Origin: Phyllobates terribilis
Lineage: Eukaryota
Assembly (NCBI RefSeq): GCF_046119375.1
Contig: NW_027363028.1
Coordinates: 1,736,001-1,800,000 of the forward strand
Length of the DNA stretch: 64,000 nucleotides
Reading direction: 5' to 3'
The notes below the pieces were generated by a model that was not told where the DNA came from, did no database searches, and was given only the letters and a program-made list of their open reading frames with translations. Below, piece after piece: positions 1-12,786 of this stretch (the stretch's first letter is position 1; the number at the start of each line of letters is the position of its first letter). Made by a program: the position numbers and the translations under genes.

Positions 1-2251
1 ATTAAACAATTCACTTATTCACCAGGACAATGACCATCTAATAGAAAATCTCATAGGATGAACCAGTGGAGCGTGGTGTTCAACTGTTTGTTCATTCTGC
101 CTCCCAAATATGGAGTAAAAGGCGCAGGTTCTGTCCAGCCACTAAGATTAGGGAGCCTGGGACCAGTAGTACCATCCAGGGTGTCAGTATGGGTGTGCGT
201 GCTGTCCAGCTGGAGTAATCTGCTCCCTGCTTCAGCCATTTGGAGAGCACCGCACCCTACTAAAGCTGGAAGCATATTGCCGGAAGCTGCCAGATCCAGC
301 CTTGTTCTCCTCTGGTTCAGTCCTCTGTGCTCAGCTCCCGGCTTGTGTATTTGTTTCCTGTTGTGACCTCGGCCCGTTTACTGACTACTCTTGTGTCTTC
401 TGATTTTGTACTTTCTCTGCTCTCCTGGCTCTGACCCGGCTACCTGACTGTTCTTCTTCCCATCTCACTCCACAGAATAGCAGGTAACACCGTGGCCCAA
501 GCCAAGGGGTCTCTGTGTAAGTTCAGATCCATGTAGAGGGGTTAAACGGCGATGAGCAAAGTAATTTGTGAAATCTGTAAAAAAGGTAGATAGTGACAAG
601 CCTGTTCGTGGTAACCATCTTTTGAGCTTCCAGGTGACCAAGACCAGCTCCCCCAATACATTGTGTCTGCAAACTATTCCAGCAAAATCTGCATTCATAA
701 TAGCTTAATGGCGCTTCTTCCCTTCTTAACCTGCCATGTGCCCAGATAGTAGTGTACAACCGTATATAGGGGATTGTCAGATTCAAGAGAAGTTGGAAAA
801 TAATTTGTAAGGTCCATTTGTTTTCTATTATCCTTTGTGAAGAATTCCAAAGTTATCACCACATAAAGTGACACACGTCAGATTTGAAAAATGGGTCTGA
901 TTAGAAACATAATACTGGCTGCAGGAAGAGGTTAAATCAGAGGATTACTGAAGTCAAAAACTGTGACTACAGACAATAAAACATCTACTGAAATGATCAA
1001 ACTGAACAGTCTTCATCAGGGAAAAATGAGTAACTACAATCTAAACTATCGTAAGGGACAATATTTTCTGTCAGATGAGTGTCAAGAAGAAATATTAGAC
1101 ATTTAAAGTGAACTTTTATATAATACTGCAGAGATGAGGCGTCTTAAATTTAGATCTCGGGCATTTGGAAGAGATAATGGAGATCTTTTTGAAAGACGAC
1201 CAGGGAGTTATAGAGTCACATAAGTGAGGCCGGCTGATCCAACCACAATGAAACTATCATACAGAATGAACTTGTAAAAAAAAGAAAGAATATAAAAACA
1301 TGTAACATCCCCAACAACAACGTATGTATGAAGGGAGAAATCCAACACTAAACTGGACTTGCACTCATTTATGGTGGACCATTGGAGCAACTATGAGTCC
1401 TGACCAGAAGAGTAGAGAAAGTATTAGTGCTCCCCATTTCAGGAGAGATTGTGCAGTGATCTGAATTCCTTAGGATTGAAAACATAATGGAATTTATGAC
1501 GTGGAGTGAATCCATGAAACCAGGGCTCGAGCCATGCCAACACATCTCCTGCAGGCGTGAATAAATGTATATTACAGCCATCAGCCACGCACAGCTTAGA
1601 GATATATCATGGCACAGGTGTAATGTTTTCTGTATAGTTTATCACAATCCTGTTTGAAGTTAGTTGGTTTTAAAAGAAATTGAAAAGTCAGGATAAAGGG
1701 AAACTCTGCTGTTATTGTACAGAAATTCACACTTGGCCCTCACCGCACATTTAATGTCGATAATAAAAGTGATCTTTGGTCAGAAAGACTGGACCTGGTC
1801 TTGTAGGGACCATATGGGCACATTCAGCAGCACAGAAGGGAGAGAAGGTAGATTCATCCAATAAGATATCAGGGATCTAGGAAGCCAACAGCATCATTAC
1901 CCTCCGCTTTCTCTTACAGGCCCATCATAATATTTTTCTTCAAGTGATTTTCTAACTTGTCAGCACATTCTACATACGCGATCATTTGTCTTTATAGTTT
2001 GCAGATCTGAGCAGGTAACGGTCAGCATCTCCTAATCCCAGGGGGTTGGTGGATCCTCCAGGTTGTAAGGTCTATAGAAAAGGGCTTTCACAATTACACA
2101 AAGAAATTTGAATATTTTCAGACGGAGGAGAATGTTGTGGTCTAGCGGCAAAATGGTGATCACATGATTGTGATATGGCCGGACTACACCACCAATAAAG
2201 CAGCCACAGATGGGGACTGAGAAGAATCTGTATTTAGTGGTTACTACTCAC

Positions 2252-3229
2252 CTGGGTGGTCATATGTAGGAATCTCCTCTTTACACCGCTCATCACCCCT
2301 CACATATGTCTCTGTAGTATTAATATGGGTCAGATCTTCACCCTGAAACAAATATTGTAAAAGTCACAGACAGATGGAGAAGTCCCATCTATGATCAGCT
2401 CTAATCCTGTCATCTCCACCGTTCTCATTACACAAGTATAAAACATAATAATGGTGGATAAAACAGAACTGGAGACATGACCTTTACAGCCGTCCACACA
2501 TCATAGGGGAAATCTCATGACACCTTCTCTCCATCTACCTGATGATCCTGAGGAACATTGGGATCTTCTTCTTTACAGTCCTGTGGAAGAAGAGGACGGG
2601 GACATCTCTCTGGTGTTGTCCTCTTACTGGATAGATCTGGAGGAAACACATACAGGGACTGAATTCATTCTTTACATACAGATTATTATAGGACGTGTGC
2701 ATTTAGTCCTGTCTATTACCTGGTGATGTGAGGGGCTGGGGAACCTCCATCATGACGTCCTTGTACAGATCTTTGTGTCCTTCTAAATACTACCACTCCT
2801 CCATGGAGAAATAGACAGCGACATCCTGACACCTTATAGGAACCTGACACATACAATGATACCGTCATCCCGCCAATCCCTTCATATCATTACTGTATAA
2901 TTTCCCAGCATTCCCAGCAGTGTCACCTCTCCAGTCAGCAGCTCAATCATCTTGTAGGCGAGTTCTAGGATCTTCTGGTCATTGATGTCCTCATGTATCA
3001 GGGGGTGAGGTGGAGGCCTCGTGATTAATCTCTGGTTATGGAGAGACACATTAATAAATCTCACTACAGACATTTCCAGAGTCCTCACCTCTCCAGTTCT
3101 GTCCATCTGTTATTCCCATAGATAAGAATGATGTAATGTGATGTCATCAGAATCTCTCACCTCTCCAGTAAGCCGGAAAAGGATCTCTAGGGTGAGGTGT
3201 AATATCCTCTCCACCATCTTGTCCATCAT
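2252..3229 (-). pseudogene. KRAB-like (FAX-type) C2H2 zinc-finger gene copy A, 5' coding exons; premature stop in the KRAB-A exon
   Basis: GT-AG exons 3229-3161 ([23 protein letters not shown]), 3031-2927, 2843-2720 ([34 protein letters not shown]), 2636-2539 and 2342-2252. They are collinear with copies B and C. TAG at 2792-2790 replaces GAG. The finger exon is not in the window. Confidence 0.88.
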
Positions 3230-3699
3230 TTTCCTGGATAAATCAGGAAAATGTTCTTATATAGACGACTTTCACTGAGAGGATCCGGTATTTTAGAGAT
3301 CTGAATGAGAAAAAGATAAGCTGATGGATAAGACCATTTTTCTGCAAACGATGATGCGGAATCTAAACTGTACCATGAGTACCCTTCATCCCTTAATCTG
3401 GTGTTCAGGTCTATTGCCTGTATATTAAAATCTGTGACATTCTAGCAGTACCTTCTCAACCGTAAAATTTGGCCCTTGGGTTTTCCTCTTTTTATGGGGA
3501 TGGGGGTGGGGGTGGTGGTTATCCCACTTCAATAGTTTATTAGTGCTTGAAGGTTTATGGTAGATGAGTGTCCCTATGGTCCCATTACAATCCTTCTTGA
3601 TCAGTACATACAGGAAAGGCAACTGGTAATAATTGGTGTTGGTCTGCTCCTTTAAACAAAATGTACTTTTCAGGTTATCCCCCAGTACCCTCACTTTTC

Positions 3700-4810
3700 A
3701 TCCCTTCTTTTGAGGTCCACACAGTCAGACTCTACCGGCCCTTCTCCCTGCCAGTGGCGGTTGTGTATCGCCCTCCGGCCCCCTCCCGTCAGTTTGTGGA
3801 TCACTTTGCCACTTGACTTCCAAACTTTCTATCCTATGACATCCCCACCCCCATCATGGGAGACTTTAACATCCCAATTAGCGATTCCCTCTCCCTATCT
3901 GCCGCTCATCTTTTATCGCTAACTTCCTCCTTCGGCCTTTCACAGCTTACTAATTCTCCTACACATAAAGATGGAAATACTCTTTGACCTGATCTTCGCC
4001 CAGCTCTGTTCAATACATGACATTACTAACTCTCCTCTTCCACTCTCTGATCACAACCTTCTCTCATTCTCTGTCAAGAACTGTCACCCTGCTCAAGACA
4101 CCCCTACTTTCCACACTTATAGAAATATACATGCCATTAACACCCAGAAATTTATGAAAACGTCGCAATGATCATTGGCCCCAATCTCCTCCCTCTCATG
4201 CCCTGACTCTGCACTGAAGCATTATAACGAAACATTGCAATGCGCCCTGGATGAAGGCACACCTCCTACACAGAGAACAACTCGGCACAGACGGCGACAA
4301 CCCTGGAACACGCTGCAAGCACATTTTTTCCAGTGGTGCTCCAGGTGTGCCGAACGGCTGTGGACAAAATCTTGTCTGGCCGAAGATTTCCTCCATTATA
4401 AATTTATGCTTAAAACCTATAAAGCCGCCCTTCACCTATCCAAACAAACCTACTTTGACAACCTAATCATCTCATGGTCCAATAATCCTAAACACCTGTT
4501 TGACACTTTTCACTCTCTCCTTAATCAATAAGCACAGGCCCCAACCACCGACCTCAGCACTGACGATCTCGCCAATTATTTCAAAGAAAAAATTGACCAT
4601 ATCCGACAGGAAATTTTTTTCTCAATCCCCACATGTTATGCATGCTCCTCCCTCCCACATTGTATCTTGCTCATTTTCTGACTTCGAAACAGTAACGGAA
4701 GAAGAAGTGACAAGGCTCCTTGCTTCCTCTCGCTCTACCACCTGCACCAGTGACCCTATTCCTTCACATCTCCTTCAGTCCCTTTCTCCAGCTGCCACCA
4801 CTCACCTAAC
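3700..4810 (+). mobile_element. L2/CR1-clade LINE remnant, 5' part (endonuclease to start of RT), interrupted at about 4810
   Basis: YRPP-type APE motif near 3765 and decayed ORF2 peptides (e.g. SRSTTCTSDPIPSHLLQ). It continues at 7819 after the inserted DNA element. Confidence 0.75.
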
Positions 4811-5229
4811 TAGTTTTCAAAATTTTAATTTTTATGCCCTTAAATCAGAGGGATATGTTACACAAAATAGTTAATAAATAAAATTTCCCACATGTCTACT
4901 TTACATCAGCGCAATTTTGGAACCAAATTTTTTTTCTAGTAAGGAGCTATAAGGGTTAAAAGTTGACCAGCGATTTCTCATTTTTACAACAAAATTTACA
5001 AAACCAATTTTTTTAGGGACCACATCACATTTGAAGTGACTTTGAAGGGCTTTTATGACAGAAAATACCCAAGAGTGACACCATTCTAAAAACTGCACCC
5101 CTCAAGGTGCTCAAAACCACATTCAAGAAGTTTAAAAACCCTTCAGGTTCTTCACAGGAATTTTTGGAATGTGGAAGAAAAAAATTAACATTTAACTTTT
5201 TTCACAAAAATGTTACTTTAGACCCAAAT

Positions 5230-6370
5230 TTTTTTGTTTTCGCAGGGGTAACAGAAAAAAATGGACCCCAAAATTTGTGGTGAAATTTCCTCTGAGCACG
5301 CAGATACCCCATAAGTGAGGAAAAAACACTGTTTGAGAACACAGCAGGGCTCGGAAGGGAAGGAGCGCCATTTGACTTTTTGAATGTAAAATTTGCTTGA
5401 ATAATTAGCGGACACCATGTTACGTTTGGAGAGCTCCTGATGCGCCTAAACAGTGGAAACCCCCCACAAGTGAACCCATTTTGGAAACTATACCCCTTAG
5501 GGAACCTATCTAGATGTGTGGTGAGCAACTTGAACACCCAGGTGCTTCACAGAAGTTTATAACATTGAACCGTAAAAATAAAATGTTCACATTTTTTCAG
5601 CAAAAATGTTTTTCAGCTCCCAATTTTGCATTTTCATAAGGGTAACAGGAGAAATTGCACTATGCAATTTGTTGTGCAATTTCTCCTGAGTAAGCCGATA
5701 CTCCATATGTGCGGGAAAACCACTGTTTGAGCACGCGGCAGGGTTCAGAAGGGAAGGAGCGCTATTTGACTTTTTGAATGTAAAATTTGCTTGAATAATT
5801 AGCAGACACCATGTTGTGTTTGGAGAGCCCCTGATGTGCCTAAACAGTGGAAACCCCCCACAAGTGACACCATTTTGGAAACTAGACCCCTCAGGGAACT
5901 TATCTAGATGTGTGGTGAGCATCCTGAACCCCAAAGTGTTTTACAGAAGTTTATAACATGGAGCCGTGAAAATAAAAAAATCTAACTTTTACCACAAAAA
6001 TTATGTTTTAGCCCCAATTTTTTTATTTTCACAAGGGTAAGAGGGGAAAATGGACCCCAAAAACTGTTGTGCAATTTTTCCTGAGTAAGCCAATACCCCA
6101 TATGTGGGGAAAATACAGTGTTTGGGCGCACGGCAGAGTTCAGAAGGGAAGGAGCACTGTGTGACTTTTTGAATGCAAAATTGTCTGGAATCGAGAGCGG
6201 ATGCCATGTTGCGTTTGGAGAGCCCCTGATGTGCCTAAGTAGTGGAAACCCCCCACAAGTGACCCCATTTTGGAAACTACACACCTCAAGGATTTTATCA
6301 AGGGGTATAGTGAACATTTTGAACCCAGAGGTACGACACAGAATTTGATAACATTAGGTCATCATATTAA
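5230..6370. repeat. About three direct tandem copies of a roughly 390-bp unit inside the piggyBac-like element
   Basis: Block GGAAGGGAAGGAGC...GGAAACCCCCCACAAGTGAC recurs near 5355, 5750 and 6145. Confidence 0.85.
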
Positions 6371-6704
6371 TAAGTTGTCATTAGTCTTGAGTGCAAGTGC
6401 TCGCTATTTGAGTTTGCATCGGGTGCTCAGATATGCACCATGTATCGCGGGTGCTCGAGTGACATGCTCGTGTCCCCGCCCCGCATGCTTCACGGTTATT
6501 AGACACCAAAAAAAAAACATGCGGGGATCGCTGGTGCATGGCAATCCCCGCAAGGTTTTTTTGGCTGTATAACAGCTGCAAAACATTTGGGACGGAGACT
6601 CGAGCATGTCACCCGAGCACCCGATGCAAACTCAAGTAGCGAGCACTTGCGTTCAACATTAGTCACCTTATCGTCATTTTTTTTTTCTACTTCTGAAAAA
6701 ATCC

Positions 6705-6816
6705 CAGCCCCAACCCTAACCCTAACCTTAGCCCAACCCTAACTCTAGCCTAACCCTAGCCCAACCCCAACCCTAGCCCAACCCCAACCCTAACCCTAGC
6801 ACAACCCTAACCCTAA
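6705..6816. repeat. Degenerate telomere-like (CCCTAA/CCCTAG/CCCCAA)n tract within the element
   Basis: AACCCTAACCCTAACCTTAGCCCAACCCTAA... The complementary TTAGGG-like tract is at about 43150-43207. Confidence 0.8.
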
Positions 6817-7818
6817 AGTTTATTTTTTACACCGTTCCTCGTGCGGTATAAGTGATTAGACGACTTTATTATTCGGGTCGGTGCAATTACAGTGATGCCA
6901 GATTCATAACGGGTTTTTATGATTGACAGCTGTCACACACTTAAAAGACACATTTTTTTGCAGACTAGTTTTTACATCGCCATATTTTGAGAGCTATAAT
7001 TTTTCCATATTTCGGCCGACAGTCATTTACATTTGTCTTTTTGATCGCGTTTTATTCCATTTTTTGTTTGGCGGTATGATGATAAAGCATGGTTTTATGT
7101 TTCGTTTTTTTGCTTTTTTTTTATCGTGTTCACTAAAAGGGTTAACTAGCAGGACAGTTTTATAGGTCAGGTCGTTCCGGACGCGGCGATACCAAATATG
7201 TGTACTTTTATTGGTTTATTTTTTTTTTCATAAGATTATTTTTTTATGGGTACAATATATATATATATATATATTTTTAATTTATTTTTTTCTGACATTT
7301 TTATTACTTTTACACATTGTCCCACTATGGGATTTTCACTTTTTGCAGCCTGATCGGCTGCATGGCATAGAGAGCAGCAGCTCCCTATGCCATGCAGTCT
7401 GTCAGCGCTGCACAGGGAGAAGTTACTTTGGTCGTGCACTGTGCATGACCAAAGCAACTTCCTGCCTCCTGGTGTCCCAGATGTTGTCATGATGACGTCG
7501 GGTCACCATGGCAACATCCGGGACCGGACTCCGATGCTGCTGGACGCCGGCAGACAAGGTAAGTATCGAGCTTACCTCCTCTTGCCACCGGAATGCTGCG
7601 ATTGATTTCGATCGCATTTCGGAGGTTAATGTGCCGGGAGCGGTGCGGGGCTGCTCCCTGCACATAGCACTGGGTGTCAGCTGTAACAATCAGCTGACAC
7701 CCGGTGGCGATCTCGCCCGCACCGCTTGTGTGTGGGCGAAATCGCCAGGGTGTATTAATACGCATCAGGCCCAGGGCACAGATACGTACTAATATGCCCT
7801 GGGTCATAAAGGGGTTAA

Positions 7819-9458
7819 ACACGCCAGCATACATCCATTACTTAAATAAACATCCCTCGACCAGAACTGTGCTGCTAACTACAGACCTATTTCCAATCTT
7901 CCCTTTATCTCTAAACTCCTGGAATGACTGGTCCACTGCTGTCTAATCTGCTATCTCTCAGATAACTCCCTTCTTGACCCTTTACAATCTGGTTTCCGCT
8001 CTTTACATTCTACTGAAACTGCACTCACTAAAATGTCTAATGATCTACTAACAGCCAAATCTAATGGTCACTACTCCCTGCTGATTCTCCTGGATCTCTC
8101 TGCAGCATTCGACACTGTGGATCTACCTCTCTGCCTGCTCCTTCACTGTGTCTTTTGCTGGCTCCTCTTCCTCTCCCCTTCCCCTTATTGTCGTGGTTCC
8201 TCAATGATCAGTCTTAGGCCCCCTTCTTTTCTCCTTATATTCCGCTCCTATTGGACAAACAATCAGCAGATTCGGTTTTTAGTACCATCTCTATGCTGAT
8301 GACACCCAATTATACACCTCTTCTTCGGACATCACCCCTGCATTATTACAAAATACCAGTGATTGTCTTTCCGCTGTCTCTAACACTATGTCCTCCCTCT
8401 ATCTAAAATTGAATCTGTCAAAAACTGAACTACTCGTATTTCCTCCCTCCACTAACCTACCTATGCCCAATATTGCCATCTCCGTTTGTGGCTCCATCAT
8501 TACTCGCCAGCAAAATGCCCGCTGTCTTGGGGTCATACTTGATTCAGATCTTTCCTTCACTCCTCACATCAAATCGCTCGCTCGTGTCATCTACACCTCC
8601 AAAACATCTCTAGAATCAGAAATTTTCTTACCTTTGACTCTGTAAAAACTCTTACTGTAGCTCTTATTCATTCTCGTCTGGACTATTGCAACTCTTTACT
8701 TATCGGTCTCCCTCTTTCTAAACATTCCCCTCTCCAATCCGTCCTGAACGCAGCAGTCAGGGTCATATTCCTCACCAACCGATACAACAATGCCTCTTCC
8801 CTGTGCCAGTCATTGCACTGATTGCCCATCCAATACAGAGTTCAATATAAACTTATTGCTCTTACCCACAAAGCTCTTGACGATTCTGCACCGCCCTACA
8901 TCACCTCCCTCGTGTCAGTCTATCACCCTACCCGTGCCCTCCGTTCTGCTAATGACTTAAAACTAAAATCTTCCATAATCTGAACCTCTCACTCCCGTCT
9001 CCAAGTTTTCTCGCATGCTGCACCAATTCTTTGGAATGCATTACCCAGGACAATTTGATTAATTCCCAATACTCACAGTTTTAAGCGTGCCGTAAAAACC
9101 CATTTCTTTAGATTGGCCTATCACCTCAACACACTTATCTAACTGTCCCAGTTTGGCCCATATTAAAATTTTCTTCAAAAATACTGGCACATACTGGCTG
9201 GCGACCAGTTCATGTGGTGTTATGTACTTACCCTATTTAGTATATTAAGGCTGTATTATACAATATATGTACATTTTACCTTTTGTGTCTCCCCTATTTC
9301 CTTACAAACTGTAAGCTTGCGAGCAGGGCCCTCACTCCTTTTAATTTCTGAGTTATGCTTATTCTGTAAAGTCTGTATTGTCTGTATAAGTCCCCCCTAA
9401 AATTGTAAAGTGCTGTGGAATATGTTGTCGCTATAAAAATAAAAATTATTATTATAAT
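7819..9458 (+). mobile_element. L2/CR1-clade LINE remnant, RT to 3' end with short (TTA/ATT)n tail
   Basis: [21 protein letters not shown]-like and LKLNLSKTELLVFPP motifs. The 3' end reads ...GCGCTATAAAAATAAAAATTATTATTAT-like. Confidence 0.85.
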
Positions 9459-9475
9459 AAATTCAGATGTAAATC

Positions 9476-9940
9476 TCAGGCCCACTCTATTGATGTTGAG
9501 TTCCCCGACAAATTCAAAAGATTGTTCACTCGTCCCTGACCAGGTGATAAAAATGTCATCAAGATATTTGTACCATACCCCAATATATGGATGCCATCAC
9601 TTATCATCATCCCTGAATATTGTGGATTCCTCCCACCAGTCCAGGGATAAGTTAGCATATGAGGGGGCACAGAGGCTACCCATCGCAGTACCCCTGAGCT
9701 GGTGGAAGTACTTCCTGTCAAAAACAAAGGAGTTATGAGTAAGAGTGAATTTTAGAAGATCCTCCATGAAGTCATTATGTCTGCTACACTCTATTGACCT
9801 CGATTTCAAGAAACGTCTTACTCCTCTGATACCATCCTCATGCGGTATATTACTGTACAAAGCCTCGATATCTAGTAAGGCCTGCTCCCCTACATGCATG
9901 TATACATGCTCGAGGGTCTACATGTAGGGGAGCAGGCAAA
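9476..9940 (-). mobile_element. Penelope-like retroelement RT fragment
   Basis: ORF 9899-9597: LDIEALYSNIPH...FHQLRGTAMGSLCAPSYANL, carrying the PLE GTAMGS motif. Confidence 0.8.
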
Positions 9941-9994
9941 GGGAAAACCAACTCCAGAGGGATTATTCCAACTGTAAAACCTCAGGTGGTACTA

Positions 9995-10420
9995 TGGGAA
10001 CATTATACTGTGTGGGGGGCATCATACACACTGCATAAGGGGCATAATGGGGGCATTACACTGTGTGGGGGGGCATCATACATACTGCATAAGGGACATA
10101 ACGGGGACATTACACTGTGTGGGGGCATCATACATCCTGCATAAGGGGCATTACACTGTGTGGGGGCATCATACATCCTGCATAAGGGGCATAATGGGGG
10201 CATTACACTGTGTGGGGGCATCATACAAACTGCATAACGGGTATAATGGGGGCATTATACTGTGTGGGGGCATCATACATCCTGTATAAGGGGCATAATG
10301 GGGGCATTACACTGTGTGGGGGCATCATACATCCTGCATAAGGGGCATAATGGGGGCATTACACTGTGTGGGGGCATCAACATCCTGCATAAGGGGCATA
10401 ATGGGGGCATTACACTGTGG
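9995..10420. repeat. Minisatellite, about 52-bp unit, roughly 8 copies
   Basis: GGGGGCATTACACTGTGTGGGGGCATCATACATCCTGCATAAGGGGCATAAT repeated. Confidence 0.92.
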
Positions 10421-10613
10421 GGCCAGTAAAGGGGTCCTTTACTATGAGAACAATACGTTTCCTCCCTTCCTGTCTCCATAGTTGGGTCGTATGTATCTAT
10501 TACAGGAAACAGAACAAAGACCTTATGATTCTTATAAAGGGGCAACACAAGACCCCAAAAGAGTCTCGGTGCTGAAGGGGTTAATACCCCCTGCGCCCAG
10601 TAATGGGGTCTCC

Positions 10614-10818
10614 ACATACCTCCACCTGCAGAGCCGCCACCACATATATGGCTGCTCTGTGCGCACAGGAGCTGTGATGAGGTCACAGGAGGGGAGGAGT
10701 CAGGGGTCACATGATCAGGGGCCTCAGTGGATGCAGGACTCTGCTGTGCTGGTTGTCATGGTGCTGGATGAGCTGAAGTTTATGTGTGGGGTCAGGAGGG
10801 GTTTACAGTGTGGATGTA
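10614..10818 (-). promoter_or_regulatory. Candidate promoter and non-coding exon 1 module of zinc-finger copy A
   Basis: E-box-like TCATGTGAC (10714-10706) and donor GAG|GTATGT (exon end 10620) point toward copy A. The same module lies upstream of copies B and C. Confidence 0.6.
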
Positions 10819-11800
10819 GCAGAGCCGTGTGTACGAGGTGTACGGAGCAGAGCCGTGTGTGTACGAGGTGTACGGAGCAGAGCCGCGTGTGTACGAGGTG
10901 TACGGAGCAGAGCCACGCGTGTACGAGGTGTACGGAGCGGAGCCGCGCGTGTACGAGGTGTACGGAGCAGAGCCGTGTGTGTACGAGGTGTACGGAGCGG
11001 AGCCGCGTGTGTACGAGGTGTACGAAGCGGAGCCGTGTGTGTACAAGGTGTACGGAGCGGAGCCGCGTGTGTACGAGGTGTACGGAGCGGAGCCGTGTGT
11101 GTACGAGGTGTACGGAGCAGAGCCGTGTGTTTACGAGGTGTACGGAGCGGAGCCGTGTGTGTACGAGGTGTACGGAGCAGAGCCGCGCGTGTACGAGGTG
11201 TACGGAGCAGAGCCGCGCGTGTACGAGGTGTACGGAGCGGAGCCGCACGTGTACGAGGTGTACGGAGCCACGCGTGTACGAGGTGTACGGAGCGGAGCCG
11301 CGCGTGTACGAGGTGTACGGAGCGGAGCCGAGTGTGTACGAGGTGTACGGAGTGGAGCCGCGTGTGTACGAGGTGTACAGAGCGGAGCCGCATGTGTACG
11401 AGGTGTACGGAGCAGAGCCGCACGTGTGTACGAGATGTACGGGGCGGAGCCGCGTGTGTACGAGGAGTACGGAGCGGAGCCGCGTGTTTACGAGATGTAC
11501 GGAGCGGAGCCGCGTGTTTACGAGGTGTACGGAGCAGATCCGTGTGTGTACGAGATGTACGGAGCAGAGGCACGAGTGTACGAGGTGTACGGAGCGGAGC
11601 CGCACATGTACTAGGTGCACGGAGCGGAGCCGTGCATGTACGAGGTGTACGGAGCGGAGCCGCACATGTACGAGGTGTACGGAGCGGAGCCGCGTGTGTA
11701 CGAGATGTATGGAGCGGATCCGCGTTTGTACGAGGTGTACGGAGCGGAGCCACGCGTGTACAAGGTGTACGGAGCAGAGCGGTGTGTGTACGAGGTGTAC
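10819..11800. repeat. CpG-rich 30-bp minisatellite, about 33 units (arm 1)
   Basis: Consensus GCGGAGCCGCGTGTGTACGAGGTGTACGGA. Its reverse complement is at 14671-15524. Confidence 0.95.
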
Positions 11801-11911
11801 GATCACTATATCACTTATCTTTATAAATCTACACATGCAGTACAGAATATATACATACTGACCCTATACACATACAGTACAGAATATATACATACTGACC
11901 CTATACACATA

Positions 11912-12737
11912 CAGTACAGACCAAAAGTTTGGACACACCTTCTCATTTAAAGATTTTTCTGTATTTTCATGACTATGAAAATTGTACATTCACACTGAAG
12001 GCATCAAAACTATGAATTAACACATGTGGAATTATATACTTAACAAAAAAGTGTGAAACAACTGAAAATATGTCTTATATTCTAGGTTCTTCAAAGGAGC
12101 CACCTTTTGCTTTGATGACTGCTTTGCAAAACTCTTGGCATTCTCTTGATGAGCTTCAAGAGGTAGTCACCAGAAATGGTTTTCACTTCACAGGTGTGCC
12201 CTGTCAGGTTTAATAAGTGGGACTTCTTGCCTTCCAACAATCTTGAAGGAGTTCCCAGAGATGCTTAGCACTTGTTGGCCCTTTTGCCTTCACTCTGCGG
12301 TCCAGCTTACCCCAAACCATCTCGATTGGGTTCAGGTCTGGTGACTGTGGAGGCCAGGTCATCTGGCGTAGCACCCCATCACTCTCCTTCTTGGTCAAAT
12401 AGCCCTTAAACAGCCTGGAGGTGTGTTTGGGGTCATTGTCCTGTTGAAAAATAAATGATGATCCAGCTAAACGCAAACCGTATGGAATAGCATGCCGCTG
12501 CAAGATGCTGTGGTAGCCATGCTGGTTCAGTATGCCTTCAATTTTGAATAAATCCCCAACAGTGTCACCAGCAAAGCACCCCCGCACCAGTTGTTTCACA
12601 CTTTTTTGTTAAGTATATAATTCCACATGTGTTAATTCATAGTTTTGATGCCTTTAGGGTGAATGTATAATTTTCATAGTCATGAAAATACAGAATAATC
12701 TTTAAGAGAGAAGGTGTGTTCAAACTTTTGGTCTGTA

Positions 12738-12740
<3 letters not shown>
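11912..12740 (-). mobile_element. Internally deleted Tc1-like element (CAGTACAGACCAAAAG TIR family)
   Basis: TA-flanked roughly 200-bp TIRs and transposase C-terminal fragment FQQDNDPKH...SPDLNPIE. Same family as 26738-28371. Followed by (TA)n at 12741-12783. Confidence 0.9.

Positions 12741-12783
<43 letters not shown>

Positions 12784-12786
<3 letters not shown>

Larger units (their letters stand above)
4811..7814 (-). mobile_element. Non-autonomous piggyBac-like (TTAA, CCCCTT terminus) DNA element, one end deleted
   Basis: Terminus TTAA|CCCCTTTATGACC on the minus strand at 7818-7800. Collinear homology with 41697-46078. No transposase ORF; the opposite terminus is absent. Confidence 0.72.

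Noticed and set aside
10482-11950. Long ORFs (up to 459 aa) in several frames
   Set aside because: They are artefacts of a stop-poor 30-bp tandem repeat (RVCTRCTERS / YEVYGAEPRV periodicity).
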